From Candidatus Eiseniibacteriota bacterium (GTDB taxonomy: Bacteria > Eisenbacteria > RBG-16-71-46), in assembly GCA_025357055.1 (NCBI GenBank), contig JANXPZ010000125.1, forward strand, positions 800-64,799: DNA of 64,000 bases, given 5' to 3'. The notes under the pieces are model-generated. The model was given only the letters and a program-made list of their open reading frames with translations. It was not told the DNA's origin and did no database searches. A program made the translations under genes and the position numbers. Shown piece after piece: positions 9,498 through 17,598 of the stretch (the stretch's first letter is position 1; each line of letters opens with the position of its first letter).

Positions 9498-10628
9498 CTA
9501 CCTCCGCTCGAGCAGCGCGCCGAGCACGCTGAGCACGAGCCACACCAGGAGCACCGCGGCGCCCGCCAGCCGGATGCGCAGCCTGCGCCCGGGGGTCTCG
9601 TCGCGGCGCAGCCACAGCGGCAGGAGCAGCACCGCGAACGCGGCGGCCAGCATCACGAACCCGCTCAGCCAGGGCAGGGGCAGGCGCTGGAGCAGGACGT
9701 AGGGCGCCAGCATGTACCACGGGGGCCGCACCCCGCCGGGGGTGACGTACGGGTCGGCCGCCCCGTGGAAGCGCAGCGGCAGCAGCGTGGCCAGCGTCAC
9801 GAGGATCGCGAACAACCCGACCGTGAGCATGGTCATCGAGTAGAGATGTTCGCGATAGCGGATGGGCCTTTCGTCGCGGGCCGGTCCGGTCTGGCTCAGG
9901 CCGACGCGGCGCAGCGTGGCGAAGGTGAGGTAGAGGAAGGCGGCGTAGAACGCCGGCAGCACCATGACGTGCAGCACGTAGAAGCGGATCAGCACGTCCG
10001 CGTTCACGGTCCGTCCGCCCAGCAGGAACGCCAGGATGGGCCCGGCGATGGGGATCGCCCACACCACCTCGAGCCCGCGCACCGTGCTCCAGTAGGTGTG
10101 GGAGTCCCAGGTGAGGAGCCGTCCGGTGAAGTCCGACTGGATGACCACCCAGGTCATGGCCACCGCGCACCACCACAGCACCTCGCGCGGCGCGCGGTAC
10201 AGGCCCTCCCAGAACAGCCGCAGCAGGCGCAGCACGATGACCGCCACCAGCAGCCACGAGCCCCAGGCGTGCACCTGGTGGATGAACCAGCCGCCCGGCA
10301 GGTCGCGCACGATGGTGCGCGTGCTCTCGAAGGCGGCCTCGGGCGTGGGCCGGTAGTAGTAGGCGAGCAGCACGCCCGTCACGATCTGCAGGCCGAACAG
10401 GATGGCCGCCAGCAGGCCCAGCACGCGGGCGCCGTGCGCGTAGCGCGGCACCGGTTCGGCGGCCACCTCGCGCAGCACCTCGCGCACCGGCTTCTGCGTG
10501 TCCACCGGCGTATAGACCAGGCCGAAGTGGGTGATGAAGGAGAAGATCTCGCTCAGGTTCACGCGCTGCTCAAGCCAGTCCACCCAGCCCCCGCGCGCGG
10601 GCGGGCCCTGCCTGCCGGGCGCGTTCAT
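9498..10628 (-). CDS. Cytochrome b (b6 + subunit-IV-like), bc complex 2
   Basis: MNAPGRQGPP... then the cytochrome b family (…LLAYYYRPTPEAAFEST…GRLLTWDSHTYWSTV…); ATGA overlap with the Rieske stop; the track ORF's N-terminal extension is rejected. Confidence 0.85.
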   Translation of the reverse strand: MNAPGRQGPPARGGWVDWLEQRVNLSEIFSFITHFGLVYTPVDTQKPVREVLREVAAEPVPRYAHGARVLGLLAAILFGLQIVTGVLLAYYYRPTPEAAFESTRTIVRDLPGGWFIHQVHAWGSWLLVAVIVLRLLRLFWEGLYRAPREVLWWCAVAMTWVVIQSDFTGRLLTWDSHTYWSTVRGLEVVWAIPIAGPILAFLLGGRTVNADVLIRFYVLHVMVLPAFYAAFLYLTFATLRRVGLSQTGPARDERPIRYREHLYSMTMLTVGLFAILVTLATLLPLRFHGAADPYVTPGGVRPPWYMLAPYVLLQRLPLPWLSGFVMLAAAFAVLLLPLWLRRDETPGRRLRIRLAGAAVLLVWLVLSVLGALLERR

Positions 10629-11089
10629 ACCTGGACGAAGATCTCGCCGGCGCGGACCGACACCGGGTAGCTGGGGAGCGGCCGGGGCGGCGGGCCGGAG
10701 AGCACGTTGCCCGAGAGGTCGAAGCGCCCGTCGTGGCAGGGGCAGACCAGCGTCCTGCGGGCCGGTTCGTAGCCCAGGATGCAGCGCACGTGCGTGCACA
10801 CCGCCGAGAGGGCCAGAACGCGCGTGGCGTCGAGCCGGACCACGTAGAAGGGCGTCACCCCGTGACGGACGAGGCGACCTTCGCCCACGCGGTAGTCGGC
10901 CAGGAGTCCGGCGCTCACGGTGCGCTCGGCCTCGCGCTTCTCGGGCGCCTTGAGATAGGCGCCCACCACGGCGGCGGCGCCGAGCCCCCAGAGCGCGAGG
11001 AAGGTCTGCGAGAGCACGGTGAGGAAACGGCGCCGGTCCGCAGGGCCGGACGCCGGCAGGTGGATCGGACGGTCTTCAGGGATCGGCAT
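10625..11089 (-). CDS. Rieske [2Fe-2S] protein with Tat signal, bc complex 2
   Basis: MPIPEDRPIHLPASGPADRRRFLTVLSQ (twin-arginine), CTHVRC...CPCHDG Rieske boxes; 154 aa. Confidence 0.85.
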   Translation of the reverse strand: MPIPEDRPIHLPASGPADRRRFLTVLSQTFLALWGLGAAAVVGAYLKAPEKREAERTVSAGLLADYRVGEGRLVRHGVTPFYVVRLDATRVLALSAVCTHVRCILGYEPARRTLVCPCHDGRFDLSGNVLSGPPPRPLPSYPVSVRAGEIFVQV

Positions 11090-11322
11090 GGGATCTCCGA
11101 CGGGGTCGGGGACGCAGGACGCGCGGGCGGGTCGCCGTGCCCACTGGCCTGCGGCCGGCCAGTGCCCCGCGCGTGGCAGTAAGTCCAAGCCGCATCATAG
11201 CCCGTGAACCGCGCCCGGCCAATGCGACTCGAGGCCCATACCCGGTCCACCCGGAGCCCCCGGTCCACCGCCCGCCGGTTTCGCTCGACCTGCCGTCGCA
11301 TTTGCGCTATGAAGTCCATCCC

Positions 11323-12648
11323 ATGATGACCCGTGCCCGGTTGGTCGCGCTGGCCGCGTTGCTCGCGGTCTTCCTGCTGCCCGGACGCGCCTTCGCCGCG
11401 AGCGGCGGCCCGGACCTGGCGCCCCTGCTGCTCGCGCTGGTGGTGGTGCTCCTCGGCGCCCGGCTGGGCAGCGCGCTGGCGGAGCGGTTCGGCCAGCCTC
11501 CCGTCCTGGGCGAGCTGCTCGCGGGGATCGTCATCGGCAACCTCGGCCTGCTCGGCTGGCACGGGCTCGCCGGGATGCGCGACCTCGCGGGGCTCGAGCT
11601 GCTGGCGCAGATCGGCGTGCTCTTCCTGCTCTTCGAAGTGGGGCTCGCCTCGGAGGTCGGGCAGATGCTCGCCGTGGGCCGCTCGGCGCTGCTGGTGGCG
11701 ACGCTGGGCGTGATCGCCCCCATCGGTCTCGGCTTCCTGGTGTCGCGCGGGTTCTTCCCCGGGCACCACCCCCTGACCCACTGGTTCGTCGGCGCCACGC
11801 TGTGCGCCACCAGCGTGGGCATCACCGCGCGGGTGCTCGCCGACCTGGGGCGCACGAAGAGCCGCGAGGGCCGCATCATCCTCGGGGCGGCGGTCATCGA
11901 CGACGTGCAGGGGCTGCTGGTGCTGGCGGTGATCAAGGGCATCATCGATTCGGTCGATCGCGGACAGGTCTTCAACGCCGGCTCGGTGCTGCTCATCGTG
12001 GCGAAGGCGGTCGCCTTCCTGGTGGTCGCGGTCGCCCTGGGGCGCTCGATCTCGAGCCGCGTCTTCCGGCTCGGCGCGCGCCTGCGCGGAGAGGGCGTGC
12101 TGCTCTCGCTGGCGCTGGCCTTCTGTTTCTCCTCCGCGTGGCTCGCGGGGCTGCTGGGCCTGGCGCCGATCGTGGGCGCCTTCGCCGCCGGGCTCGTGCT
12201 CGACGAGGTCCACTACCGCGATCTGCGGGCTCGGGACCGGGCCCAGCGCGACGTGCAGACGCTGCTCAAGCCGATCTCCACCTTCCTCGTGCCGGTCTTC
12301 TTCGTGCTCATGGGCATGCGCGTGGACCTCTCGGTGTTCGGCCAGGCCGGCATCGTGGGCTTCACCGCCGCGCTGATCGTGGTCGCGATCGTGAGCAAGC
12401 AGGCCTGCTCGCTGGGCGTGCTGGACAAGGGGACCGACCGGCTGGCGGTGGGGCTCGGCATGATCCCGCGCGGGGAGGTGGGGCTCATCTTCGCGGGCAT
12501 CGGGAGCGGACTGATGATCGGCGCCGAGCGCGTGGTGGACCCGATGATCTTCTCGGCCGTGGTCGCCATGGTCGCCGCGACCACGCTGCTCACACCCCCG
12601 TTGCTCGCCTGGCGGCTGAAACGGCTGCCCGTCCCCGCGGACGAATGA
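11323..12648 (+). CDS. Cation:proton antiporter (CPA/Na+-H+ exchanger family)
   Basis: 441 aa, 11-13 TM helices, Na_H_Exchanger-like sequence (GELLAGIVIGNLGLLGW..., ...GMIPRGEVGLIFAGIG...). Confidence 0.8.
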   Translation: MMTRARLVALAALLAVFLLPGRAFAASGGPDLAPLLLALVVVLLGARLGSALAERFGQPPVLGELLAGIVIGNLGLLGWHGLAGMRDLAGLELLAQIGVLFLLFEVGLASEVGQMLAVGRSALLVATLGVIAPIGLGFLVSRGFFPGHHPLTHWFVGATLCATSVGITARVLADLGRTKSREGRIILGAAVIDDVQGLLVLAVIKGIIDSVDRGQVFNAGSVLLIVAKAVAFLVVAVALGRSISSRVFRLGARLRGEGVLLSLALAFCFSSAWLAGLLGLAPIVGAFAAGLVLDEVHYRDLRARDRAQRDVQTLLKPISTFLVPVFFVLMGMRVDLSVFGQAGIVGFTAALIVVAIVSKQACSLGVLDKGTDRLAVGLGMIPRGEVGLIFAGIGSGLMIGAERVVDPMIFSAVVAMVAATTLLTPPLLAWRLKRLPVPADE

Positions 12649-12700
12649 CGACCGCAGGACGAGCACCGGTCGCGCCTCCGCCCGCGGGGGGACGCTCCTC

Positions 12701-14992
12701 GTGATCCGGATCGAGCTGCGCGTCCCGGAGACCTTCGAGCCCCGGGCGCGCTACGCGCTCGCCCAACTCGCGCTGGCCTGGGGCCTGCCCGCGCGCTTCG
12801 TCGCGGGCGGCGACGCCGGCGGCGCGGACCTGGTCTACGGCGAGCCGGGGCGGCGACGGCCGGGCGACGGGCTGTTCGTCCCGTTCGACGGGGCGCTCTA
12901 CGAACCCGCGACGCGCTGTGAGCTGGCGCCGCTCGAAGGCGTGACGGCGTGGGTGCGGCAGGGCGTCGCGCCGGAGGCCGTCGACCTGGTGGGCGGGGCG
13001 TACCGGCTGCTCGCGTTCCTCGACGAATCGCAGATCGACGAGACCCGGCGCGATCGCCGCGGCACCTTCTCCTGCTCCGCGCTGCCCGGGCAGCGGCAGG
13101 CGTGCACCGCGGTGCCGCTGGTCGAGCACCACGCCGCGGTCCTGCTCGGGCGCCTGTGCGCCGCGCGCCCGGCGCTGGCGGACGCGTGTGTGCCGCGCTG
13201 GCCCGACGGCAAGCGCTGGGTGGCGATCCTGACGCACGACACCGACGCGGTGCGGATCGGCGCGCCCGCCGAGATCGCGACCAACCTGGGCAAGGCGCTG
13301 CTGCGCCGCGACCCGCTCGCGATCGAGATGATCCGGCTCGGCCTGCGGCACGGACGCGCGGTGACGGGCAACCCGCTGTTCGGTTTCCCGGGATGGGGCG
13401 AATTCGAGCGCGCGCGCGGCGTGCGCAGCGCGTTCTACCTGTTCGCCGCGATGCCGGGCGGGCGGCGTGACCTCAACGACTGCAAGTCCAGCGTGCTCGA
13501 TCCCGGCACGGACTGGGATCTGCTGCGCGCCATGGCGGGCGACGGCTGGGAGTTCGGGCTGCACCCGCCCATCCACGCGAAGGACGACATCGACGTCTTC
13601 CTCTGGTGCAAGCGCACGATCGAGGAGCGGCTCGGCCGCCCGATCCAGGGGCTGCGCCACCACTACTGGGCGCTCGACTGGCGCCGGCCGCACCTGACGT
13701 ACCGCAAGCACGTCAACGCCGGCTTTCGCTACGACGCCTCGATCGCGTGGCGCGACCGCCCCGGCTTTCGGGCGGGCACGTCGCTGCCGTTCCGTCCCTT
13801 CGATCCCGGCCGCGCGCGGGCGCTCGATCTCGTGGTGCTGCCCACCAGCCTGATGGACGGGCACGTGATCGGGAACGCCGCTGTCGGTCCCACCGCACCG
13901 GCCGCGAGCGCGCTGTTCGGCGCCGCGCGCGCTGCCGGCGGCGTGGTCGTGCTGGACTGGCACACCGAGTCGTCCTGCGACAGCCTGCGCTACCCGCGCT
14001 TCCTGACCACGATGGGCGAGATCCTCGATCCCGTGCTCGCCGATCCGTCCTGCTGGCTCGCGACGCCGTGGGAGGTCGTGAGTCACTGGCATCGCCGCCG
14101 CATGGCGCTCGAGGCCGCAACGCACGAGACGATCGAGGTGTCCGCAGACGCGTCGGCGCCGGCGGTCGCTCCGCGCCCGCTCAGGGTCGGCCTGCTCGGC
14201 ATGCCCGACAACGAGGCGACGCCCGCGTTGCTGCGCGAGCTGGAGGCGAACGACGTCCGCGTCGAGACGATCGTCTACTGGCGGCCCGCCGCGCGCGACC
14301 AGTGGAAGCGCGTCATGAACAAGCTGCGTGCCGCCGGGCTGCGCGGCGTGCTGACGCGCGTGGTCCAGGCCCTGGCGCGCAGGGCCGGCCGGCCCAGGGC
14401 CGCCTCGGGGGCCGCGCTGCCCGAGCCGTTCCCGGGCGCGCGCCGCTTCGACGTGCCGCACCACAACTCCGACGAGTGCCGTGACCTGCTGAAACGCGAG
14501 GGCGTGGACGTGCTCATCGTGGCGACCGACGCGATCCTCACGCGCAAGGTCTTTCTCGCCCCGCGCGTCGCGACGCTCAACGGCCACCCAGGCTGGGTGC
14601 CGGCGTTCCGCGGCCTCGGCTCCGTCTACCACCAGATGCGGCACGGCTGGCCGCCGGCGGTGAGCGTCCACCAGGTCGACGAGGGCATCGACACGGGCCC
14701 CGCGTACGCGCGCGAGTGGCTCGACGTGCGCACCGTGGCGCCGGAGCGGATCGAGGCCGAGCTGACGCGGCTGCGCGGACGGCTGTTCGCGCGCGTGATC
14801 GACGCGCTGGCGCGCGACCAGGCCAGGCCGATCGACGTGTTCCTCGAGCCGAGCGGCATGACGCGCGGCATGCCGCTCGCCGAGCGCCGCGAGCTCGAGC
14901 GCGAGCTGCGCGCGGGTCGCGTGCTGAGCGTTCCCGGGCACCTGCGCAGCTCGTCGTCTGGCGGCGGCCCTTCCGGGGGCGCCGGCCCCTGA
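12701..14992 (+). CDS. Two-domain fusion: N-terminal ArnD-like polysaccharide deacetylase (CE4)-like domain + C-terminal formyltransferase-like domain
   Basis: N-terminus: ...WVAILTHDTDAVRIG...WEFGLHPPIHAKDD...GLRHHYWALDW... resembles the ArnD/CE4 family (from memory); C-terminus: ...VLIVATDAILTRKVF...LNGHPGWVPAFRGLGSVYH...VSVHQVDEGIDTGP... matches the formyltransferase (Fmt/ArnA-N) motifs NxHPSLLPxxRG and HxxDxGxDTGP. Confidence 0.55.
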   Translation: MIRIELRVPETFEPRARYALAQLALAWGLPARFVAGGDAGGADLVYGEPGRRRPGDGLFVPFDGALYEPATRCELAPLEGVTAWVRQGVAPEAVDLVGGAYRLLAFLDESQIDETRRDRRGTFSCSALPGQRQACTAVPLVEHHAAVLLGRLCAARPALADACVPRWPDGKRWVAILTHDTDAVRIGAPAEIATNLGKALLRRDPLAIEMIRLGLRHGRAVTGNPLFGFPGWGEFERARGVRSAFYLFAAMPGGRRDLNDCKSSVLDPGTDWDLLRAMAGDGWEFGLHPPIHAKDDIDVFLWCKRTIEERLGRPIQGLRHHYWALDWRRPHLTYRKHVNAGFRYDASIAWRDRPGFRAGTSLPFRPFDPGRARALDLVVLPTSLMDGHVIGNAAVGPTAPAASALFGAARAAGGVVVLDWHTESSCDSLRYPRFLTTMGEILDPVLADPSCWLATPWEVVSHWHRRRMALEAATHETIEVSADASAPAVAPRPLRVGLLGMPDNEATPALLRELEANDVRVETIVYWRPAARDQWKRVMNKLRAAGLRGVLTRVVQALARRAGRPRAASGAALPEPFPGARRFDVPHHNSDECRDLLKREGVDVLIVATDAILTRKVFLAPRVATLNGHPGWVPAFRGLGSVYHQMRHGWPPAVSVHQVDEGIDTGPAYAREWLDVRTVAPERIEAELTRLRGRLFARVIDALARDQARPIDVFLEPSGMTRGMPLAERRELERELRAGRVLSVPGHLRSSSSGGGPSGGAGP

Positions 14993-15170
14993 CCCACCGC
15001 CACCCCGGCGCGCCCTTGCAACCCGGGGTCAGTCGCGACACAATCGAGCGGCGTCCGGCCGCTCCCCCTGCCTCCGCTCTGGACGCAGGAAGGAAGGGGC
15101 ACGGACGAACCAGTGCAGCTCAGTCCGTCAATTCACGCTCCAGCTCCACGGAAAGTCGAGAGGAGCCTCT

Positions 15171-15220
15171 CTTCGGGCGTGGTCGCCAGGGTCGCCGCGA
15201 CCACGCTGCTCATGCCGGCA
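15171..15220 (+). repeat. ~50-bp imperfect direct repeat of the antiporter gene 3' end (12551..12600); relic gene fragment in an intergenic region
   Basis: ggtcgccagggtcgccgcgaccacgctgctcatgcc versus ggtcgccatggtcgccgcgaccacgctgctcacacc (about 36/39 identical); translation (VVARVAATTLLMPAPFALR) mirrors the antiporter C-terminus (VVAMVAATTLLTPPLLAWR). Confidence 0.6.
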
Positions 15221-15362
15221 CCATTCGCCTTGCGGTCGAGGTGGCCACTCGAAGCCGGCCCGCCGCAGCGCGGTCCTTCCAGAGGTCGAGAACACGCCGG
15301 ATCCTGCGGCTCGCGGAGGCATTCCCGCGCGAGCTCGCGCGCCGGCGAGAAAGGGTGGAGTC

Positions 15363-15986
15363 GTGGAGGTGCCGCACTACGGCAGTCGTTTCTTTCGGAG
15401 CATCGTCACGTTGCTGGAGTGGATCCTCAAGAAGGTCACGGGCCCCGACGGGTGGCGGCCGGCGGGCGCGATCCGGGAACTTCCCCCGTCCGCCCTCGTC
15501 TATGATTCGCGGGAGGAGCAGCGGGCGGACGTCGTGTTCCGGATGCTCGCGGTCCTGGGATTCACGCCCCAGAAGGTGGCCGTCACCGGTTCGGCGGACG
15601 ATCTCCCCGAAACCTGCAGGACGATCTCCCTCGGCGCGGAGGATTGCTGGGCCACGGTCGTCCTCGAGCCCATGGACGACGTCAGCGCCCGCAACCTCGG
15701 CGCAGGCTTCCGGCAATACGCCCACCTGCACCCCGACGTCGTGGCCCTCGTCGTCGGGCCGCTGCCGAGCCGCTCGGAGATCCTGGACCGCTATCGCCAC
15801 GTGGTGACGGCCGACGATGGCAGCGTCTCGTCCGCCGAACTGGCGGCGGGGCTGGCGCACGCCAGTGCGGCGCGCGTCCTCCATTGCGCGCGGCTGCTCA
15901 ACACGGCCGTGGTGTTCTTCGCGTTCGCGGCGCTGATCGTCGGCCTCGCGCTGGCCTGCGTCGGATGGCTCGTCTCAGGGCGATGA
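15363..15986 (+). CDS. Hypothetical protein with C-terminal TM helix
   Basis: ORF with strong GC3 bias; C-terminal hydrophobic segment VVFFAFAALIVGLALACVGWLV; no recognisable family. Confidence 0.4.
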   Translation: MEVPHYGSRFFRSIVTLLEWILKKVTGPDGWRPAGAIRELPPSALVYDSREEQRADVVFRMLAVLGFTPQKVAVTGSADDLPETCRTISLGAEDCWATVVLEPMDDVSARNLGAGFRQYAHLHPDVVALVVGPLPSRSEILDRYRHVVTADDGSVSSAELAAGLAHASAARVLHCARLLNTAVVFFAFAALIVGLALACVGWLVSGR

Positions 15987-16044
15987 ACCACCCCGCCCCG
16001 CCGTCGCCGCCGACCCCTGCGGGAAAGGGCGGGGGGGTGCGCGC

Positions 16045-16419
16045 ATGAGCGCGAGGGCTCTGCCGCTATCCGTCCTGAACGGCGCCCTCTATCTGGCCAC
16101 CTGCGCGCTCGCCGGAACCGGCCTGCTGCTGGAGCTCCGGATGGACGTGGAGGACGGTGCGGTCCGGCTCCTCGGCATGGGTCGGGATGACTGGGGCGAG
16201 ATCCACATCGTCCTCGCCCTCGCCTTCCTCGCCTTGACGGGGGTCCATCTCCTCTTGAACCGGGCCTGGATCAGGGTGTTCGTGACCCGGGCGGGATGGG
16301 CGATGCCCATGCTGGTCGTGGGGCTCGGGATGGTCGCGGTTCTGCTGCTCTGGCCGGCCGAACGCACGGCGGCTGGCGGCGACACGCATGCAGACCGGCG
16401 ACAGGAGGAAGTGGACTGA
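16045..16419 (+). CDS. Small 4-TM membrane protein (DUF4405-like)
   Basis: 124 aa, hydrophobic helices with conserved His (EIHIVLALAFLALTGVHLLLN); positioned upstream of a Moco-domain-like protein as in DUF4405/oxidoreductase pairs. Confidence 0.45.
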   Translation: MSARALPLSVLNGALYLATCALAGTGLLLELRMDVEDGAVRLLGMGRDDWGEIHIVLALAFLALTGVHLLLNRAWIRVFVTRAGWAMPMLVVGLGMVAVLLLWPAERTAAGGDTHADRRQEEVD

Positions 16420-16502
16420 TCCCCGGAACGACGGCCGCGGTCCGCGGGCGGATGGCGCCCGGATCTCGGCCGAATGACCCGCGAGACACAGAGGAGCGCC
16501 CG

Positions 16503-17495
16503 ATGCCCCGTCCCACGCGCCTGCCGTTCGTCCTCGCGCTGATCCTCGGCCTGTCCGTCTGCCTGCCCGCCCTGGCCGTCACCGCGCCCGCACTCGAGGT
16601 CGCCGGACCGGGCGGCCTGCGCGCCTTCTCCGTGGCGCAGCTGAGGAAGCTGCCCGTGACCGAGGGATTCGGCGGCGTGAAGAGCAGCACGGGCAAGGTC
16701 ACCCTGCCGGGGAGATGGAAGGGTGTGGCGCTGCGGGACCTGGTCGCCGCCGCCGGCGGTTGCGACGCCACGAAGAACCTCGCCGTCGTGGCGAAGGACG
16801 GCTACAGCATCACCTTCTCGCACGACCAGGTGATGAACGGCGGCTTCACCGCCTACGATCCCGGCACGGGCGACACGCTCGCGACGCACGAGCCGCTCCT
16901 TGCGCTCGTGGTCTACGAGCACGAGGGCCGGCCGCTGAACGTCACCGAGGACGGTCCGCTGCGCGTGATGGTGGTGAGCCCGACGGGCAGCCAGGTGACC
17001 GACGGGCACTGGTCCATCAAGTGGGTGACGAAGCTGACGATCCAGCCGGCGAGCGAGGCCTGGTCGCTGGCGCTCGAAGGCGCCCGGCCCGAGATCATGG
17101 ACCGCGCCACGTTCGAATCGGGGGCGTCGCCGAAGTGCCACGCGGCCACGTGGAAGGACGCGCGGGGCCGGGTGTGGACCGGCATCCCGCTCTGGCTGCT
17201 GGTCGGCCGCGTGGACGATGGTTCCAGGCACGGCGCGCGGGCGTTCAACGATTCGCTCGCCGCGGCCGGCTACACCGTGGACGTGGTCGCGGGCGACGGC
17301 GCCACGGTCTCGTTCGACAGCCGGCGGCTCGGGCGGAACGACGGGATCATCATCGCCGGCCTGCTCGACGGCGCGCCGCTGCCCGCGCAGTCGTTCCCGC
17401 TGCAGCTGGCCGGCCCGGACCTCAAGGACGGAGAGCGGCTCGGCGGGATCTCGAGGATCGTCGTCCACGCGCCCGGGGCGCCGCGGTCGCGCTGA
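16503..17495 (+). CDS. Secreted protein with two tandem molybdopterin-binding oxidoreductase-like domains (sulfite-oxidase/YedY fold family)
   Basis: Signal peptide MPRPTRLPFVLALILGLSVCLPALA; domain 1 ...GVALRDLVAAAG...EGRPLNVTEDGPLRVMVVSPTGSQVTDGHWSIKWVTKLTI; domain 2 ends ...PLQLAGPDLKDGERLGGISRIVVHA. Confidence 0.5.
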   Translation: MPRPTRLPFVLALILGLSVCLPALAVTAPALEVAGPGGLRAFSVAQLRKLPVTEGFGGVKSSTGKVTLPGRWKGVALRDLVAAAGGCDATKNLAVVAKDGYSITFSHDQVMNGGFTAYDPGTGDTLATHEPLLALVVYEHEGRPLNVTEDGPLRVMVVSPTGSQVTDGHWSIKWVTKLTIQPASEAWSLALEGARPEIMDRATFESGASPKCHAATWKDARGRVWTGIPLWLLVGRVDDGSRHGARAFNDSLAAAGYTVDVVAGDGATVSFDSRRLGRNDGIIIAGLLDGAPLPAQSFPLQLAGPDLKDGERLGGISRIVVHAPGAPRSR

Positions 17496-17598
17496 GCGCC
17501 GGGGCGGGTCGCGCCGCGGCGTCGCGACGGACGATGCGAACGTCGCCGGGTTCCACGGGGCAGCGGGGAGGCGCCTGCGTGTCGCAGCCGCGGTCGCG

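Noticed and set aside
6369-9532. Long ORFs 6369..8207(-) and 6401..9532(+) overlapping the 18-heme and 9-heme cytochrome genes
   Set aside because: Arg/Ala/Gly-rich low-complexity translations without CXXCH logic; typical high-GC shadow ORFs
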